Assembly: GCA_947460255.1 (NCBI GenBank)
Contig: CANHIS010000002.1
Location: forward strand, 19,625-83,624
Length of the DNA: 64,000 nt
Reading direction: 5' to 3'
DNA from: Bacteroidota bacterium
GTDB lineage: Bacteria; Bacteroidota; Bacteroidia; M30B66
The notes under the pieces are model-generated. The model did no database searches. It had not been told where the DNA came from and worked only from the letters and a program-made list of their open reading frames with translations. Shown in pieces: positions 61,529-64,000 of this stretch. Numbering within the stretch: the stretch's first letter is position 1; each line of letters begins with the position of its first letter. Made by a program: the position numbers and the translations under genes.

Positions 61529-63583
61529 ATGCGGAAATTTATACTATCACTTTTGTCGGTGTTTTTTACTTGTTGTTTAGCACAAGCTCAAACACCTTAT
61601 GGAGTTTATCAAATCCCATTTACTCCAGAAACTTTTGACCCAGTCAATACAGTTAGTTTATATGATGATCAGTATTCCGGTATTATTGATATTGGGTTTC
61701 CTTTTGTGTTTTTTGGTGAGTCTTACGACAGTTTGGTGATTTCATCGAACGGCTATGTTCGTTTTCAATTAGAATATGCTGGTAATTTCTCAGATTTTTC
61801 TGTGAATCAGTCATTGCCAGATCCAACTGCTCCATTGAATGCAATTTTCTTGTCTTGGTTTGATCTTGATCCAAGCATTCAGCCCATTATCTCATATTCA
61901 ACAATTGGAAACGCTCCTGAAAGGGTTTTTGTAGTGAACTATAATAATGTTCCATATTTTGGATGCAATCAAACGCTTTATACAGGGCAATTGAAGCTCT
62001 ATGAAGGATCAAATAATATCGAAATGCATGTCACTGATAAGCCATTCTGCTCAGTCGGCACAAATTGGTCAGATTTTGCCATTCAAGGAATTCAGAATGA
62101 GGATGCATCTCAATCTTACCATGTTCCTGGAAGAAACAACAATGCTGTATGGCAAGCTTCTAATGATGCATGGCGTTTTGATCCAGATACTGTGAATGCT
62201 CCAAGTAGCTTCTTGAATGGCCGTGTAATCGCCGATTTTAACGGTAACTGTGTGTTGGATGAGAACGATTATGCTATCCCTGGCCAAGTGTTGATTCGTG
62301 ATGCAAACCAAGCATTCACAACAACCAATCAATCTGGAGCATATAGTTTCGAAACGGTAACCGGTAGCTATCAAGTTGGATTTAATGGATTAACAGCTAA
62401 TCTTCCATTTGGAACAGTTAACTGTCCTGTAAATGCTACATACAATGTAAACTTAACTGAAGCTGGCGAGGTTGCAGATAGTCTCGATTTCTTCATTTAT
62501 CCAGATTCAAGCTGCGCAGATCCTCAAATCACAATATCTCCGATGGGGCCTTTTAGACGCTGCGCAGGAAACGACAACCATCAAGTGGTTTTCATTAACA
62601 ACCACGGCATGCTTCCAATCCAAGGATATTCTGTATCGGTAACTGTTCCTGATTCATTGTACTTGTACAATACAGTTCCTGAATACACTTCTCAAGATGG
62701 TAACACATTTACATGGAACTTCACAGATACTTTGGTTTACGGTGAATTAACAACCATTCATTTATATGACTCGTTAAGTTGTTATGCAACTGATGGTCTG
62801 TTAAAATGCATTTCAGCAACAGTAACAGCAGTTGGCGATTGCGATGAAACAAACAACCTTGGTGATGTTTGTCAAATCGTGAATGGTTCATATGATCCAA
62901 ACCACATTCAATTGTTAACAGCGCCTCCAACGCCACAGTATGTTTATACCATGGAAGTTGAAGGTGATGAGCAATGGTACACTTACCGTATTCAATTCCA
63001 AAACACTGGAACAGCTCCAGCTCAAACTGTAGTTGTTACTGATATTCTACCTCCGTTTTTTGATTACAATTCAGCAGAGTTTTTGGGCTCAAGTCACAAT
63101 TGCTCAATGGTGAATGAAGGAAATGGTACTTTTAAATTTGTACATTACAATATCAATCTTCCAGATAGCTCTGAAAATTTTGCTGCAAGTATCGGAACGA
63201 TTGTCTTTAAGGTTAGAGCATTTCAAATGTTATTCCCTGGACAAGAAATTCTTAACCGTGCAAGCATCGTTTTTGATGTTAATGAGCCTGTTATTACAAA
63301 CGATGCAATTTTCGGAGTTCCGCTTCCAGAAGGTTTGCAAGATTTGACTAGTGGTTTCGATTTTTATCCAAACCCTGTTGATCAAACGTTAATTATTCAA
63401 TCTGAGCTTAACAAAGGAACAGTTCAATTAACTGATATCAGTGGAAGAATCATTGTAAGTCAGCCAATTACCAGCAAGCAAACAACTATTGAAACTTCTC
63501 AAATTCCAGCAGGAGTTTATTTTATCGAGCTTTTTGAAGGAGCAAAAAAATCAGGAACACAAAAACTGATTATAGCACACTAA
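61529..63583 (+). CDS. T9SS type A sorting domain-containing surface protein with a conserved-repeat (DUF11-like) domain
   Basis: Signal peptide MRKFILSLLSVFFTCCLAQAQ, the block GSYDPNHIQ...YTYRIQFQNTGTAPAQTVVVTDILP, and a C-terminus FDFYPNPVDQTLII...IPAGVYFIELFEG...QKLIIAH. Confidence 0.85.
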   Translation: MRKFILSLLSVFFTCCLAQAQTPYGVYQIPFTPETFDPVNTVSLYDDQYSGIIDIGFPFVFFGESYDSLVISSNGYVRFQLEYAGNFSDFSVNQSLPDPTAPLNAIFLSWFDLDPSIQPIISYSTIGNAPERVFVVNYNNVPYFGCNQTLYTGQLKLYEGSNNIEMHVTDKPFCSVGTNWSDFAIQGIQNEDASQSYHVPGRNNNAVWQASNDAWRFDPDTVNAPSSFLNGRVIADFNGNCVLDENDYAIPGQVLIRDANQAFTTTNQSGAYSFETVTGSYQVGFNGLTANLPFGTVNCPVNATYNVNLTEAGEVADSLDFFIYPDSSCADPQITISPMGPFRRCAGNDNHQVVFINNHGMLPIQGYSVSVTVPDSLYLYNTVPEYTSQDGNTFTWNFTDTLVYGELTTIHLYDSLSCYATDGLLKCISATVTAVGDCDETNNLGDVCQIVNGSYDPNHIQLLTAPPTPQYVYTMEVEGDEQWYTYRIQFQNTGTAPAQTVVVTDILPPFFDYNSAEFLGSSHNCSMVNEGNGTFKFVHYNINLPDSSENFAASIGTIVFKVRAFQMLFPGQEILNRASIVFDVNEPVITNDAIFGVPLPEGLQDLTSGFDFYPNPVDQTLIIQSELNKGTVQLTDISGRIIVSQPITSKQTTIETSQIPAGVYFIELFEGAKKSGTQKLIIAH

Positions 63584-63604
63584 TTTTAGTAAATTCTAAT
63601 TTTT

Positions 63605-63639
63605 ATCCTCCGATTCATTTGATTCGGAGGATTTTTTTT
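63605..63639 (+). terminator. rho-independent terminator
   Basis: ATCCTCCGA / TCGGAGGAT 9-bp stem and a 10-nt loop, followed by TTTTTTTTG. Confidence 0.72.
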
Positions 63640-63843
63640 GCGTTTTCGGATGTTTGATAATCTATTCAGAAAGTACTGAATTGATTATGTTAAATTTTAT
63701 TTCACTATTCCTTAACGTCAGATGAAGTTTAAATCAGCGCTAAAATTAATTGGACTTTTATTTTATGGTAACTCTTTACTTACGTTTTATTGCACAAATC
63801 TACATTCCTAAAGACATAACTCATTAATACATATTTGTGGAAT

Positions 63844-64000
63844 GTGGCGTTTGACAACAATTCCGCCGAAGTTCAAATTGTTGGAATTGGTTCATCGGCA
63901 GGATTTACAAATACAACAGGATCTTTTAACGTGGCTTTAGGTGAAGCATCCGATTTCGCATTGAATAATCTACAAAATGCCGTTGCGATTGGCTATTCAA
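63844..64000 (+). CDS. possible 5' end of a repeat-rich surface protein, partial
   Basis: The frame is open from 63820 to the window edge. Hand translation from GTG 63844 gives VAFDNNSAEVQIVGIGSSAGFTNTTGSFNVALGEASDFALNNLQNAVAIGYS. The start could be TTG 63835 or GTG 63844. The fragment is very short, so this is weak. Confidence 0.3.
   Translation, partial: MAFDNNSAEVQIVGIGSSAGFTNTTGSFNVALGEASDFALNNLQNAVAIGYS

Noticed and set aside
1-64000. rRNA, tRNA, tmRNA, riboswitch or other known structured RNA genes
   Set aside because: I read all intergenic regions longer than about 120 bp. These were 14782-14990, 17625-17894, 19605-19933, 21179-21404, 23527-23687, 27738-28076, 30356-30594, 32902-33177, 41827-41953, 60796-60958 and 63584-63843. 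None showed a cloverleaf-compatible arrangement or a motif I recognise. A covariance-model scan would be needed to exclude them formally.

Overview
This 64-kb chromosomal segment reads as Bacteroidota (Flavobacteriia-like). Seven proteins carry type A or type B T9SS C-terminal sorting domains, rpmG is followed by the small DUF4295 protein typical of the phylum, and tandem DUF1573 paralogs are present. About 62 CDS are supported. Most are housekeeping genes (ftsY, rpmG, hflX, rpmB, valS, ychF, tpx, parE, pepP, accBC, fabH, plsX, rpmF, yceD, ybdL-yafV, mqnD, slyD) interleaved with secreted or T9SS proteins and peptidases. I saw no rRNA, tRNA, CRISPR array, transposase or integrase. The most unusual locus is 25.7-33.0 kb, which holds three tandem copies of a two-gene cassette on the minus strand. 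Each cassette encodes a small signal-peptide Ig/FN3-like protein followed by a large DUF2341 + LamG protein. Two of the large proteins end in the same Ig-like domain plus a T9SS sorting domain. Each cassette is preceded by the same promoter-like block, with a TTAC-N4-GTAA palindrome at a fixed 30-nt distance. The second notable locus is a ~1.5-kb single-gene islet encoding an AAA_14/DUF4143-type ATPase. It is bracketed by 206-bp imperfect direct repeats that duplicate the ychF-proximal intergenic region plus the 3' end of the neighbouring gene. The repeats show an att-like mismatch gradient, but no recombinase is present. Other items are a 47-bp perfect direct repeat with a hairpin and purine mirror repeat downstream of valS, an HflX N-terminal block with no canonical start codon, and an HTH-less orphan sigma-54 activator. 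There is also a ligase-associated-type exonuclease without a ligase, and an uncharacterised envelope gene pair with a 44-nt overlap. All domain calls come from reading motifs by eye and from memory of the families, not from database searches.
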